Source of the DNA: a virus
Lineage: Duplodnaviria > Caudoviricetes
Strand: one strand, 5' to 3'
DNA: 36,874 nucleotides
Virus record (IMG/VR): IMGVR_UViG_3300017747_003602
Span: 1 to 36,874 of that record
This document shows, piece after piece, positions 1 to 7,536 of the stretch. Numbering within the stretch: position 1 is the stretch's first letter; each line of letters begins with the position of its first letter. The notes below the pieces were generated by a model, which worked only from the letters and a program-made list of their open reading frames with translations, ran no database searches and had not been told where the DNA came from. The position numbers and the translations under genes are program-made.

Positions 1-17
1 CAACAAACGGGGATATT

Positions 18-779
18 ATGCCAAGCCAACAATATAAAGATATGGAAGGAATCAACTTTTCATCTTTAAAATACATGTTAAATGGGCCAGACCATTATAA
101 ATACTGGCAAGAAAATAAGCGCCCCCAATCAGACGCAATGCGTTTAGGAGAATTAATCCATCTAGCAATTTTAGAGCCAGAAGTTTTTGCGGAACAAACT
201 TACATGGGACAAAAATTTAATCGTACGACAAAGCAAGGCAAGGATTTATATGCGCAGCAACTCGAACAAGCTGGCAATAGAACTATAATCTTACCAGAAG
301 ATAAGGAAGCAATAGACCGCGCACTCTTAGCTTTGTCACGCTGCGATTTATGGCAAGAACTACAAAAAAGCGGGTCACCGAAAGTGGAAGTGGCTATGCA
401 ATGGGAAGATCCTTTAACTGGTTTGGGCTTAAAGGGTTGTGCAGATTACATAATGGAATCCCCTGCCCTTGGTGGCGTGGCAATTATAGATGTTAAAACA
501 GCGCGCGAACCAATAACGCGTTGGGACATAGCTAGATACCATTACGACATGCAGGCGGCTTATTATCTAGCGGGATATAGAGCTTTAACAGGAGTGGACG
601 CAGAATTTCTATGGTTGCTAGTTGAAACTGGCGAACCTTACGGCTGCCAGTTTATAGCAGCCAGCGAAGATACTATCTTACGTGGCAAAGATAAAATGAA
701 CGAGGCCCTAAAAAAACTAAAAGAAACTATGACAAGCCAAGATTGGTTTTCACGGTATAACGAAATTACCATCATCTAA
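18..779 (+). CDS. RecE/exonuclease VIII-like PD-(D/E)XK nuclease (DUF3799-like)
   Basis: Motifs INFSSLK, AMRLGELIHLAILEP, KGCADY..IIDVKT and YHYDMQAAYY; directly upstream of a Bet-like gene. Confidence 0.85.
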   Translation: MPSQQYKDMEGINFSSLKYMLNGPDHYKYWQENKRPQSDAMRLGELIHLAILEPEVFAEQTYMGQKFNRTTKQGKDLYAQQLEQAGNRTIILPEDKEAIDRALLALSRCDLWQELQKSGSPKVEVAMQWEDPLTGLGLKGCADYIMESPALGGVAIIDVKTAREPITRWDIARYHYDMQAAYYLAGYRALTGVDAEFLWLLVETGEPYGCQFIAASEDTILRGKDKMNEALKKLKETMTSQDWFSRYNEITII

Positions 780-799
780 CAACAATTGGAGACACTAAA

Positions 800-1750
800 A
801 TGACTAAGGAAATAGCAGCACAAGAGAAGCAGACGCCTATAACGCTTTTAGCAGGGCGGTACAATATAGACCCTATAGAGATGCAGAAAACGCTTAAAGG
901 AACGGTTGTCCCGAACGGTACTACTGATGCAGAATTTGCGGCGTTTTTGATGGTTGCTTACGAATATAAGTTAAACCCAATTCTACGCGAAATTTATGCT
1001 TTCCCTAAAAAGGGTGGTGGCATACAGCCGATAGTTAGCATTGACGGCTGGATGAATATTATAAATTCCCATCCGCAATTCGACGGGCTAACTTTTGACG
1101 AAAAATTAGAAAACGGCAAAATAGTTTCGATAACCGCAAAAATTTTTAGAAAAGATAGATCTCATTCTGTGGATGTAACTGAGTACATGGCGGAGTGCGC
1201 TAGAGGAACTGAACCCTGGAAGCAATGGCCTGCAAGAATGCTTAGGCATAAAGCCGCCATACAAGCGGCGCGCTACGCCTTTGGCTTTAGCGGCATTATG
1301 GAGCCAGATGAAGCCGAAAGAATGCTAGATGTTACCCCTAACCAACCGACGGGCTTTGCAACAAAGCTTGCCGAAGCAGCAAAGAAGCGCAAAGAGCAGC
1401 AGCCTGAAATCATAATCGCCGAGACGGGGGAAGTGGTAACTACTCAGCCAGAAGAAGAAGGCAGGCTTTCATCAATAATTGCAACGCCCCTAGTGGATAT
1501 AATTTTACCTGATGAATCACCTAGTACCTTTGGTATTGGTGGAGCTATCAGTCCGCCTGAACTTGTGCAGCTTATAGGCTCATGGGCCGTCGAAGACAGA
1601 ACAAAATTTATCATCAAGAACGAAGACGTTTTAATTGCTATTAATGCGCGCTTAATAGCAGCTGGGCTTGGTAAAGCAGCCGAGCGGCTTAACGAAATGC
1701 GCGTAGATATACAACAAAACGGAGGATTAATCTACGGAGGTTTAATCTAA
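800..1750 (+). CDS. bet: Phage single-strand annealing recombinase, lambda Bet (Redbeta) family
   Basis: LNPILREIYAFPKKGGGIQPIVSIDGWMNIINSHPQFDG and EYMAEC..PWKQWPARMLRHKAAIQAARYAFGFSGIMEPDEAER match the Redbeta pattern; GGAGA RBS. Confidence 0.9.
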   Translation: MTKEIAAQEKQTPITLLAGRYNIDPIEMQKTLKGTVVPNGTTDAEFAAFLMVAYEYKLNPILREIYAFPKKGGGIQPIVSIDGWMNIINSHPQFDGLTFDEKLENGKIVSITAKIFRKDRSHSVDVTEYMAECARGTEPWKQWPARMLRHKAAIQAARYAFGFSGIMEPDEAERMLDVTPNQPTGFATKLAEAAKKRKEQQPEIIIAETGEVVTTQPEEEGRLSSIIATPLVDIILPDESPSTFGIGGAISPPELVQLIGSWAVEDRTKFIIKNEDVLIAINARLIAAGLGKAAERLNEMRVDIQQNGGLIYGGLI

Positions 1751-2322
1751 TGAACACTTACATTTTACTTTGCGTTATCACAGCAGCCTTCTTTGTTACT
1801 TGGTATATAATTGGTTGGCACGTCTCTTTTGTGAGAGGCCACGTGCACGCGCTAAAAAAACGGCTTGAGGCGCAAAAACAGCCAGCTGAAATAATGTCTT
1901 TGCAATGGAAGGACGCACAAAAAGAAGCACTTAAAGTACTGATTAGAGAAGAGCTTTTTGAAATACGATCAAGGATGGGTCAACATGTAGCGGCAATCTC
2001 GCAGTTAACAAAAGAAAATAAATCAATAAGAGATCATCAAGAAAACCTGGATTCCTTGATCGAAGAACTAAAGGCCGATTGCCTAGAACTAACTGGCCCA
2101 AGGCGGGGGTTTTCTCCAATAATAGTTCCTAAAAACGAAAAACCAGCGCCGCAAAGAGTGCAAGAGTTCTTAGAAAAAAAAGGGCCTAGCAAACGTATAG
2201 AAATCATTAGGGGAACTAAAATTTCGAAGACCCACGTTAGCAAAGTTTTGAAAGAACTAGCTGCTGCTGGCGTTATCGAAAAAACCGAAGAGAAAACTTA
2301 CAAACTAAAGGAAAAAATATGA
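1750..2322 (+). CDS. Membrane-anchored protein with coiled coil and C-terminal winged-helix HTH
   Basis: N-terminal hydrophobic helix; C-terminal GPSKRIEIIRGTKISKTHVSKVLKELAAAGVIEK wHTH pattern; TAATG overlap with bet. Confidence 0.65.
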   Translation: MNTYILLCVITAAFFVTWYIIGWHVSFVRGHVHALKKRLEAQKQPAEIMSLQWKDAQKEALKVLIREELFEIRSRMGQHVAAISQLTKENKSIRDHQENLDSLIEELKADCLELTGPRRGFSPIIVPKNEKPAPQRVQEFLEKKGPSKRIEIIRGTKISKTHVSKVLKELAAAGVIEKTEEKTYKLKEKI

Positions 2323-2378
2323 GCCAGAAACCAATTACAAAACGCAAGCCAAAACCAATAAAAAAGGGAGGAAAGTAA
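2319..2378 (+). CDS. Possible 19-aa basic micropeptide MSQKPITKRKPKPIKKGGK
   Basis: ATGA overlap with the upstream stop, AAGGA upstream, fills the gap to the next gene; not in the ORF track. Confidence 0.35.
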   Translation: MSQKPITKRKPKPIKKGGK

Positions 2379-2380
2379 AA

Positions 2381-2980
2381 ATGGATAATAAGCTTTATCA
2401 TTACGTGGCTGGTGTACGTGTAGAGGGGGTGCATAAAGGAATCATGGGCGATACCAGCGGGATCTATGGCGACGTCAGCAAAATCTCTGGAAGCGTCAGT
2501 GACATTTATGGAAACGTCAGCGAAATTTGGGGAGACGTCAGCAGGATCCATGGCGATGCCAGCAGAATCCATGGCGATGCCAGTAGAATCCGTGGAAATG
2601 TCAGCAGCATTTGGGGAATCGTCAGCGGAATCTCCGGAAGCGTCAGCAGCATTTCTGGAATCGTCAGCAAAATCTCTGGAGACGTCAGCAGAATCCGTGG
2701 ATATGTCGGCGGAATACGTGGAAATGTCATTAAAATTTCTGGCGACGTCAGTGACATTTATGGAAACGTCAGTAAAATTTCGGGAGACGTCAGCAGAATT
2801 TGGGGAATCGTCAACGGCCTTTATGGAAACGTCAGTAAAATTTCGGGAGACGTCAGCAGAATCTATGGAAATGTCAGCGGCCTTTTTGGCGACGTTACAG
2901 ACCTCAAGGGAGATATGACTAGCCTAAAAGGGGAAGCCTCGATACTTTTAAAGGAGCAAGAGAATGCAAGAAATGGATGA
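2381..2980 (+). CDS. Heptapeptide-repeat protein (G-[DN]-V-S-x-I-x, about 24 copies), function unknown
   Basis: GGGAGG RBS; repeats read directly from the translation; paralog of 3631..4146. Confidence 0.8.
   Translation: MDNKLYHYVAGVRVEGVHKGIMGDTSGIYGDVSKISGSVSDIYGNVSEIWGDVSRIHGDASRIHGDASRIRGNVSSIWGIVSGISGSVSSISGIVSKISGDVSRIRGYVGGIRGNVIKISGDVSDIYGNVSKISGDVSRIWGIVNGLYGNVSKISGDVSRIYGNVSGLFGDVTDLKGDMTSLKGEASILLKEQENARNG
2447..2950 (+). repeat. Degenerate 21-bp tandem repeat (about 24 units)
   Basis: Units such as GGAGACGTCAGCAGAATCCGT and GGAAACGTCAGTAAAATTTCG recur at a 21-nt period. Confidence 0.9.
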
Positions 2981-3131
2981 TAAGATGCATGAAGAAATGA
3001 GGCAGACAAGGGCTTTAACGACCGAGAACGCGCCGCAAAATGACCTCTTTGCAAGGTATTTGTCGGAAATTAATTTAGGCCAGATTGCTAAACAAAAAGA
3101 AAACGCAAGCACAAAAAAAAGTGGGGAGTAA
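2964..3131 (+). CDS. Small hypothetical protein (55 aa, MQEMDDKMHEEMRQ...)
   Basis: AAGGAG at 2951-2956, ATG at 2964, TAA abutting the next ATG at 3132; not in the ORF track. Confidence 0.55.
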   Translation: MQEMDDKMHEEMRQTRALTTENAPQNDLFARYLSEINLGQIAKQKENASTKKSGE

Positions 3132-3554
3132 ATGGAAGACAGAAAAAAAGAAGCAAAAGAGTTTTATCTCGCTATTAAAAAAATGGCCTCAACTTATCGG
3201 ATTAAAATATTATATATAACCGAAATGTTGGGCGTCGCAGTCGCGACTCCTAGCTTATGCAACCGAGGCGTGTCTGCTGCCCCGATTGATTGGCGGGAAA
3301 AACTCGAAGAAATTTCTAAGGATTTAAAAATCATAGCGGACCAAGAGAAAGACAAAAAATCTGAGCGCGCAAAAGCCAGGAAGTCAAAAGAGACCTTTAT
3401 TGTTTGGGACAGAAAAGAAGTGAATGGTTTTGCTATTTTTCTTATTTCCCGTAACGGCAAGTTGGAATTGACAGCTCCAGGCGATTTTTTTTATAACAAA
3501 GCAGTTAGCGATTGGATCCATAAGAATAGCCGCTGCAGAAAAGCAACCCATTGA
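3132..3554 (+). CDS. Hypothetical protein, possible N-terminal HTH
   Basis: GGGGAG just upstream; IKILYITEMLGVAVATPSLCNRG is weakly XRE-HTH-like. Confidence 0.55.
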   Translation: MEDRKKEAKEFYLAIKKMASTYRIKILYITEMLGVAVATPSLCNRGVSAAPIDWREKLEEISKDLKIIADQEKDKKSERAKARKSKETFIVWDRKEVNGFAIFLISRNGKLELTAPGDFFYNKAVSDWIHKNSRCRKATH

Positions 3555-3630
3555 CATATATTGATTGTTACCCATCTCTTTTCTGCAATCCCGCTGTTTT
3601 ATTCTGCATTAATTTTAAAGGAGAGAAAAA

Positions 3631-4146
3631 ATGGATAACGAGCTTTATCACTACGTATACGGGGTAAGAGTAAAAGGCCCCCACAAAGGCCCCTACGGAG
3701 AAATCACGGGTGATGCGTCAAAGATTTATGGCGATTGCACGAATATCTACGGCGATGTTTCTAAAATTACAGGCGATTGCTCTAAGATACGGGGGTACAT
3801 TTTTGTGCTTAGAGGCGATGTCTCAAATATTCGCGGCAAGGTGTCGTGCATTTGGGGCAGTGTTACAAACCTCAAGGGCAATGTCTCAGATATTCGCGGC
3901 GATGTTTCTAAGATTACAGGCGACTGCTCTAAGATATGGGGGTGCGTTGATCTGCTTACAGGCGACGTTACAGACCTCAAGGGCAATGTTACAAACCTCA
4001 AGGGCAATGTCTCAGATATTCGCCGAGATTTGAATAAAATTTATCTTAACTTTTTTATAAAAAACGTTATAAAATACGTACTTTTCCCAGTTTTTGTGAC
4101 CTTTTTGGGCGTTGCTTATTTCTTGCTTATTAATGATTTTTGGTAA
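3631..4146 (+). CDS. Heptapeptide-repeat protein paralog (about 15 repeats) with C-terminal TM helix
   Basis: AAGGAG RBS; N-terminus MDNELYHYVYGVRVKGPHKG vs MDNKLYHYVAGVRVEGVHKG; hydrophobic tail YVLFPVFVTFLGVAYFLLI. Confidence 0.8.
   Translation: MDNELYHYVYGVRVKGPHKGPYGEITGDASKIYGDCTNIYGDVSKITGDCSKIRGYIFVLRGDVSNIRGKVSCIWGSVTNLKGNVSDIRGDVSKITGDCSKIWGCVDLLTGDVTDLKGNVTNLKGNVSDIRRDLNKIYLNFFIKNVIKYVLFPVFVTFLGVAYFLLINDFW
3709..4023 (+). repeat. Degenerate 21-bp tandem repeat (about 15 units)
   Basis: Units GGCGATGTTTCTAAGATTACA and GGCAATGTCTCAGATATTCGC recur. Confidence 0.85.
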
Positions 4147-4152
4147 GATAAA

Positions 4153-4824
4153 ATGACAACATCTTGGTTAGGCCTTTTATTGCTGTTGCATGCCGTGCAG
4201 CAAATAGGCTCAGCTTTTCTGTTATTCGGTGAGTATGAATTTATTGTTTGGGACATAACCAACGTTGTGTCCGTCACATTGTTGTCATATTTGCTGTTTC
4301 GGAATATCTCTTATCGTTCCCCCCGCCGCAAATTGACAAGTTTTATCTTCTTACTTGTTTCTTCTTGGTCTGCCGCAAGCTACGCGGTTATTACTCTTTT
4401 CCAGCAATCATTATTAATATTCAGTATTTGCTTTTTTGTTAGCATGATTCCCTTCTTCTTTTGGGCGGCTATGAGAGATTTCGAATTTAGATCAGATAAA
4501 TATTTAAAAAGTTGCAGTTACTTGATATATAGTCAACCTATAGGTGTCGTTGGTTTAATAGCTCTTTGCGTTGGTTTCCGTGGTGCTGGCGTATCTCTAG
4601 TTGTCAACGGTCGCGAGTTTTCTTACTCGCGAGCTTTCGAAGGCTGGATAATCACAGAGAAAAAACATAGGCATCAAAAAAATGGTGTAAAATATCAAAA
4701 AATTCGTGACGTGGATTTAGCGCATGCAAGAGAACTCATCGGCAAAAAATGGCACTGGCGGAAAAACTGTCTCAGCACATTTTCGCGATACCAAGACAGA
4801 AAATGCCCCTGCTGGTGGGCCTGA
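4153..4824 (+). CDS. Multi-pass membrane protein with soluble C-terminal domain (possible permuted papain-like fold)
   Basis: About 5 hydrophobic segments; C-terminal VSLVVNGREFSY and ARELIGKKWHWRKNCLSTF. Confidence 0.6.
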   Translation: MTTSWLGLLLLLHAVQQIGSAFLLFGEYEFIVWDITNVVSVTLLSYLLFRNISYRSPRRKLTSFIFLLVSSWSAASYAVITLFQQSLLIFSICFFVSMIPFFFWAAMRDFEFRSDKYLKSCSYLIYSQPIGVVGLIALCVGFRGAGVSLVVNGREFSYSRAFEGWIITEKKHRHQKNGVKYQKIRDVDLAHARELIGKKWHWRKNCLSTFSRYQDRKCPCWWA

Positions 4825-5173
4825 TTTTCCGTGGGGTGAAATACACAAAAGAACAGAATCAACTTGTGAGCGAATTGTAGCTGAAAAATTCCACGAAGCT
4901 AAACAGCAATTTAAAGACGATATAGACCGAATCTTGCGGCCCATGAACGCCCTCATAAAATATATGATTGCCCCTCTCCTTGCGGCCCTTTGCAGCATTT
5001 CTATTTTTATCTTTTCCCTCATGTACAACCAGTTGACCAATCTCAATTTATCAGTCCAGGCCCTTAATCAAACAATTGCAACAATCGCTGCAAATCTGCA
5101 CTCCATAGAAAAGGACTCTGAAGAGAATAAGCGTGCTATAGAAAAAGTGGAAGACCGCATTTATCAGCGATAA
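4724..5173 (+). CDS. Single-TM plus coiled-coil membrane protein (lysis-associated candidate); start uncertain
   Basis: TM IAPLLAALCSISIFIFSLMY followed by a heptad-like tail; 100-nt overlap with the upstream gene. Confidence 0.55.
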   Translation: MQENSSAKNGTGGKTVSAHFRDTKTENAPAGGPDFPWGEIHKRTESTCERIVAEKFHEAKQQFKDDIDRILRPMNALIKYMIAPLLAALCSISIFIFSLMYNQLTNLNLSVQALNQTIATIAANLHSIEKDSEENKRAIEKVEDRIYQR

Positions 5174-5178
5174 AATTC

Positions 5179-5206
5179 TTGCAATTAAAAATTATATATC
5201 TAGATT
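5179..5206 (+). promoter_or_regulatory. Putative sigma70-type promoter upstream of the lysis genes
   Basis: TTGCAA (5179-5184), 16 nt, TAGATT (5201-5206) in AT-rich intergenic DNA. Confidence 0.5.
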
Positions 5207-5211
5207 CCTTT

Positions 5212-5279
5212 CACTACTTGTTGTTAGTTTAGTGCTATACGGCGCGGGGCGGGAACCTCCACCAACTCCGCGCCATTTT
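5212..5279 (+). ncRNA. Candidate structured small RNA or 5' leader (antisense seed loop plus GC-rich hairpin)
   Basis: CACTA/TAGTG stem enclosing TTGTTGTTAGTT; hairpin GGCGCGGGG...CTCCGCGCC (5241-5274) followed by ATTTT; anti-SD CCTCC at 5256-5260. Confidence 0.4.
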
Positions 5280-5292
5280 AGGAGGAACAAAC

Positions 5293-5502
5293 ATGGAAGT
5301 TTTTTTAGGTCTATTTGCCGCTCTTGGCGTAACTCTCTCTTTGTTTTTTACGCTTCTTTATCAAATTATTTTGGCTCTTTTTATTTGTCTCTGCATGTTT
5401 AGCTATGCGGTCCTGCAAGTAGGCGCGTTGCCTTTTCGCGCGGTTGCTAATCTAACTTGTCGTGTTTACTGGTATGCACGACGCAAAGTGTTTTTGGGTT
5501 AG
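5293..5502 (+). CDS. Small hydrophobic membrane protein (69 aa), holin/antiholin-like candidate
   Basis: Strong AGGAGG RBS; long hydrophobic stretch with basic C-terminus; directly before the holin. Confidence 0.6.
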   Translation: MEVFLGLFAALGVTLSLFFTLLYQIILALFICLCMFSYAVLQVGALPFRAVANLTCRVYWYARRKVFLG

Positions 5503-5507
5503 CTCGC

Positions 5508-5918
5508 ATGTCGTTGGAGCTTATTAGCGGCGGCATTAATTTAATTAATTCCGTTGTAAATCGCATTTGGCCTGATGCGACAGAAGCCGAGAAACAAAAA
5601 TTAACTTTAGCGCTATCTGAACTAGATGCAGAGCGCGAGACGATGCGCGCTCAGGCGGAAATAAATTTACAAGACGCTAAAAGCGAAAATAGGTTTAACT
5701 CTGGATGGCGTCCATTTGTGGGGTGGGTATGTGGTATATCTTTTGCTTATGCAGCGTTCTTGGAGCCGCTCTTACGTTTCATATCTGCAGTTATTTTTGG
5801 CTATAGCGGGCCTTTCCCTCAAATTGATACAACTATTACTATGCAAGTTCTTTTCGGTTTGTTGGGGTTTGCTGGTTTTAGGTCTTTCGAAAAAATCTCA
5901 AAAATGAAAGTTAAATAA
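5508..5918 (+). CDS. Holin (3TM gene-transfer-agent-type family)
   Basis: QAEINLQDAKS..FNSGWRPFVGWVCG and LFGLLGFAGFRSFEK motifs; adjacent to the endolysin; ATG at 5508 preferred to the track start 5457. Confidence 0.85.
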   Translation: MSLELISGGINLINSVVNRIWPDATEAEKQKLTLALSELDAERETMRAQAEINLQDAKSENRFNSGWRPFVGWVCGISFAYAAFLEPLLRFISAVIFGYSGPFPQIDTTITMQVLFGLLGFAGFRSFEKISKMKVK

Positions 5919-6574
5919 TGAACGCATTTAAATATTTTCAACTTAACGATTTTGCTTCACCTGATGCAGCTGGCTCTGGCTCTAAAATGGATCATGACTT
6001 CATCAGTAAGCTAGATAATTACAGAGAGAAATTTGGCGCTCCTTTGATTGTAACTTCTGGCTATCGCACGCCTAAGCATAATAGTAAGGTAGCTAGTACT
6101 GGCAATGATGGGCCACACACAACGGGACGGGCGGTTGATTTGCAGCCTAAATTGCCAAGCAGTGCGCAAGCGTTTCTGCTTCTAAAGCTTGCGTTCGAAG
6201 CGGAGTTTACTGGCATTGGTTTGCGTCAGGAAGGTCAAGAGCGGAGAAAGAACTTTATCCATTTAGATGATCTGCAAGAACCTGATTATCCGCGCCCCTC
6301 ATTCTGGACATATCCCTTGCCGAATGCTGAAAAAATTATTCTTCCTAAAACTAAGAATTTTTGTTTTGGCACTAAGGCTTATCAGCTTTTGCGCAGTACT
6401 GTCATTAACAGTAAAGAGCCAGTCGTAATCTTTGTCCGCCAGCATGGGCCTATAGAAGACAGATTTATTGCAATGGATTTAAACGAAGATTCTAAAATGT
6501 CTCACATTCACACGGTAACAACTTGCTATATGGATCAGCTCGAATATGAGTTTTACAATCAAGCAACACGATAG
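5918..6574 (+). CDS. Endolysin, peptidase M15A family, with extra C-terminal region
   Basis: YFQLNDFASP, TSGYRTPKHN, HTTGRAVD and FIHLD zinc-peptidase motifs; TAATG coupling to the holin. Confidence 0.85.
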   Translation: MNAFKYFQLNDFASPDAAGSGSKMDHDFISKLDNYREKFGAPLIVTSGYRTPKHNSKVASTGNDGPHTTGRAVDLQPKLPSSAQAFLLLKLAFEAEFTGIGLRQEGQERRKNFIHLDDLQEPDYPRPSFWTYPLPNAEKIILPKTKNFCFGTKAYQLLRSTVINSKEPVVIFVRQHGPIEDRFIAMDLNEDSKMSHIHTVTTCYMDQLEYEFYNQATR

Positions 6575-6929
6575 GCTGGACCGCAAAAGCAAAATCATTC
6601 TGTTGCAAGCGCTTTGGGATATTGCGGTTTTTGCGGAACAGTCTGAACGCAAAACCACAAAGGCTTTGTTCAAATTTGTTGATACTATCTTTGATGATTC
6701 TCATATTCATGTGCATAGAAATGCTTTGTCGGAAGAAATTGTTAATGCCGCCGATAAGATACTAGGGGAATCTTGGTTTAGTTGGTTGTTTTATGATTGC
6801 GAAAAAGGGAAAGAGGACGCCGAAATTACTATAGATGGGCAAAAATATAGTATTTCATCCATTGCTCATTTAGCTGAATTAATCTTACAAAAAGAGGCAT
6901 CATGCATTTACTTAATATCAAGCCGCTAA
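6546..6929 (+). CDS. Hypothetical phage protein
   Basis: ORF packed into the operon, overlapping both neighbours. Confidence 0.55.
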   Translation: MSFTIKQHDRLDRKSKIILLQALWDIAVFAEQSERKTTKALFKFVDTIFDDSHIHVHRNALSEEIVNAADKILGESWFSWLFYDCEKGKEDAEITIDGQKYSISSIAHLAELILQKEASCIYLISSR

Positions 6930-7267
6930 GTGTTAATGATGCATGGCAAGGGCGACGCTTCAAAACCCCTGAATATAAACGCTATGCCCGCGACATAATG
7001 TATCTATTGCCTAAGTTTGAACTCCCACTCGCTCCTTATGCGTTGACTTTAGAATTTGGCGTTGGCCCCACTTCGGATTGGGATAACCCCATAAAGCCAT
7101 TCCAAGACATCATGCAAAATAAATACGGCTTTAATGATCGTGACGTTGAGGCCGCATTGGTACGCAAGAAGACGGTAAAAAAAGGAGAAGAATATATCTA
7201 CTGGAACATGATAACTTTAGATGAAGGTTTATGTGATCGAATCGATAAATCTTTTTTTAGCAAATAA
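6902..7267 (+). CDS. RusA-like Holliday junction resolvase
   Basis: IKPLSVNDAWQGRRFKT, SDWDNPIKPFQD and GFNDRDV motifs; GAGG RBS. Confidence 0.8.
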   Translation: MHLLNIKPLSVNDAWQGRRFKTPEYKRYARDIMYLLPKFELPLAPYALTLEFGVGPTSDWDNPIKPFQDIMQNKYGFNDRDVEAALVRKKTVKKGEEYIYWNMITLDEGLCDRIDKSFFSK

Positions 7268-7289
7268 TTGCAACTGCAAAGGATGCACA

Positions 7290-7535
7290 ATGAACCAAAA
7301 TTACAGGGAAGTATTAACAGCCTGCGTTTCTATGCGCGAGGATCTAAGCATTCAAATAGATGCGGAGGCCGCAGAGAATTTTAAAAATATTAACCAGAAT
7401 GATTTTAATAACATCGTTCAGATGGTACTTGCTACTGCTTCGCAGTTAATGGCTGAAAGGCAAACGCGCCTTTCTGTAGAGCCAAAAAAAGAACGCAATA
7501 AACTAGTCAAAAAGCCCGTTCTCTCCATAGTATAA
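7290..7535 (+). CDS. Hypothetical protein
   Basis: AAGGA upstream of ATG 7290 (track start 7221 less likely); last gene of the + operon. Confidence 0.55.
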   Translation: MNQNYREVLTACVSMREDLSIQIDAEAAENFKNINQNDFNNIVQMVLATASQLMAERQTRLSVEPKKERNKLVKKPVLSIV

Positions 7536-7536
7536 A

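Noticed and set aside
2447-4023. 21-bp repeats as CRISPR or pentapeptide repeats
   Set aside because: The units are contiguous coding repeats without spacers, and the period is 7 aa, not 5.
2466-4033. Alternative-frame ORFs 2466..2918, 2506..2757, 3710..4033 and 3747..4007
   Set aside because: Open frames are a by-product of stop-free 21-bp repeats; they lack convincing RBSs.
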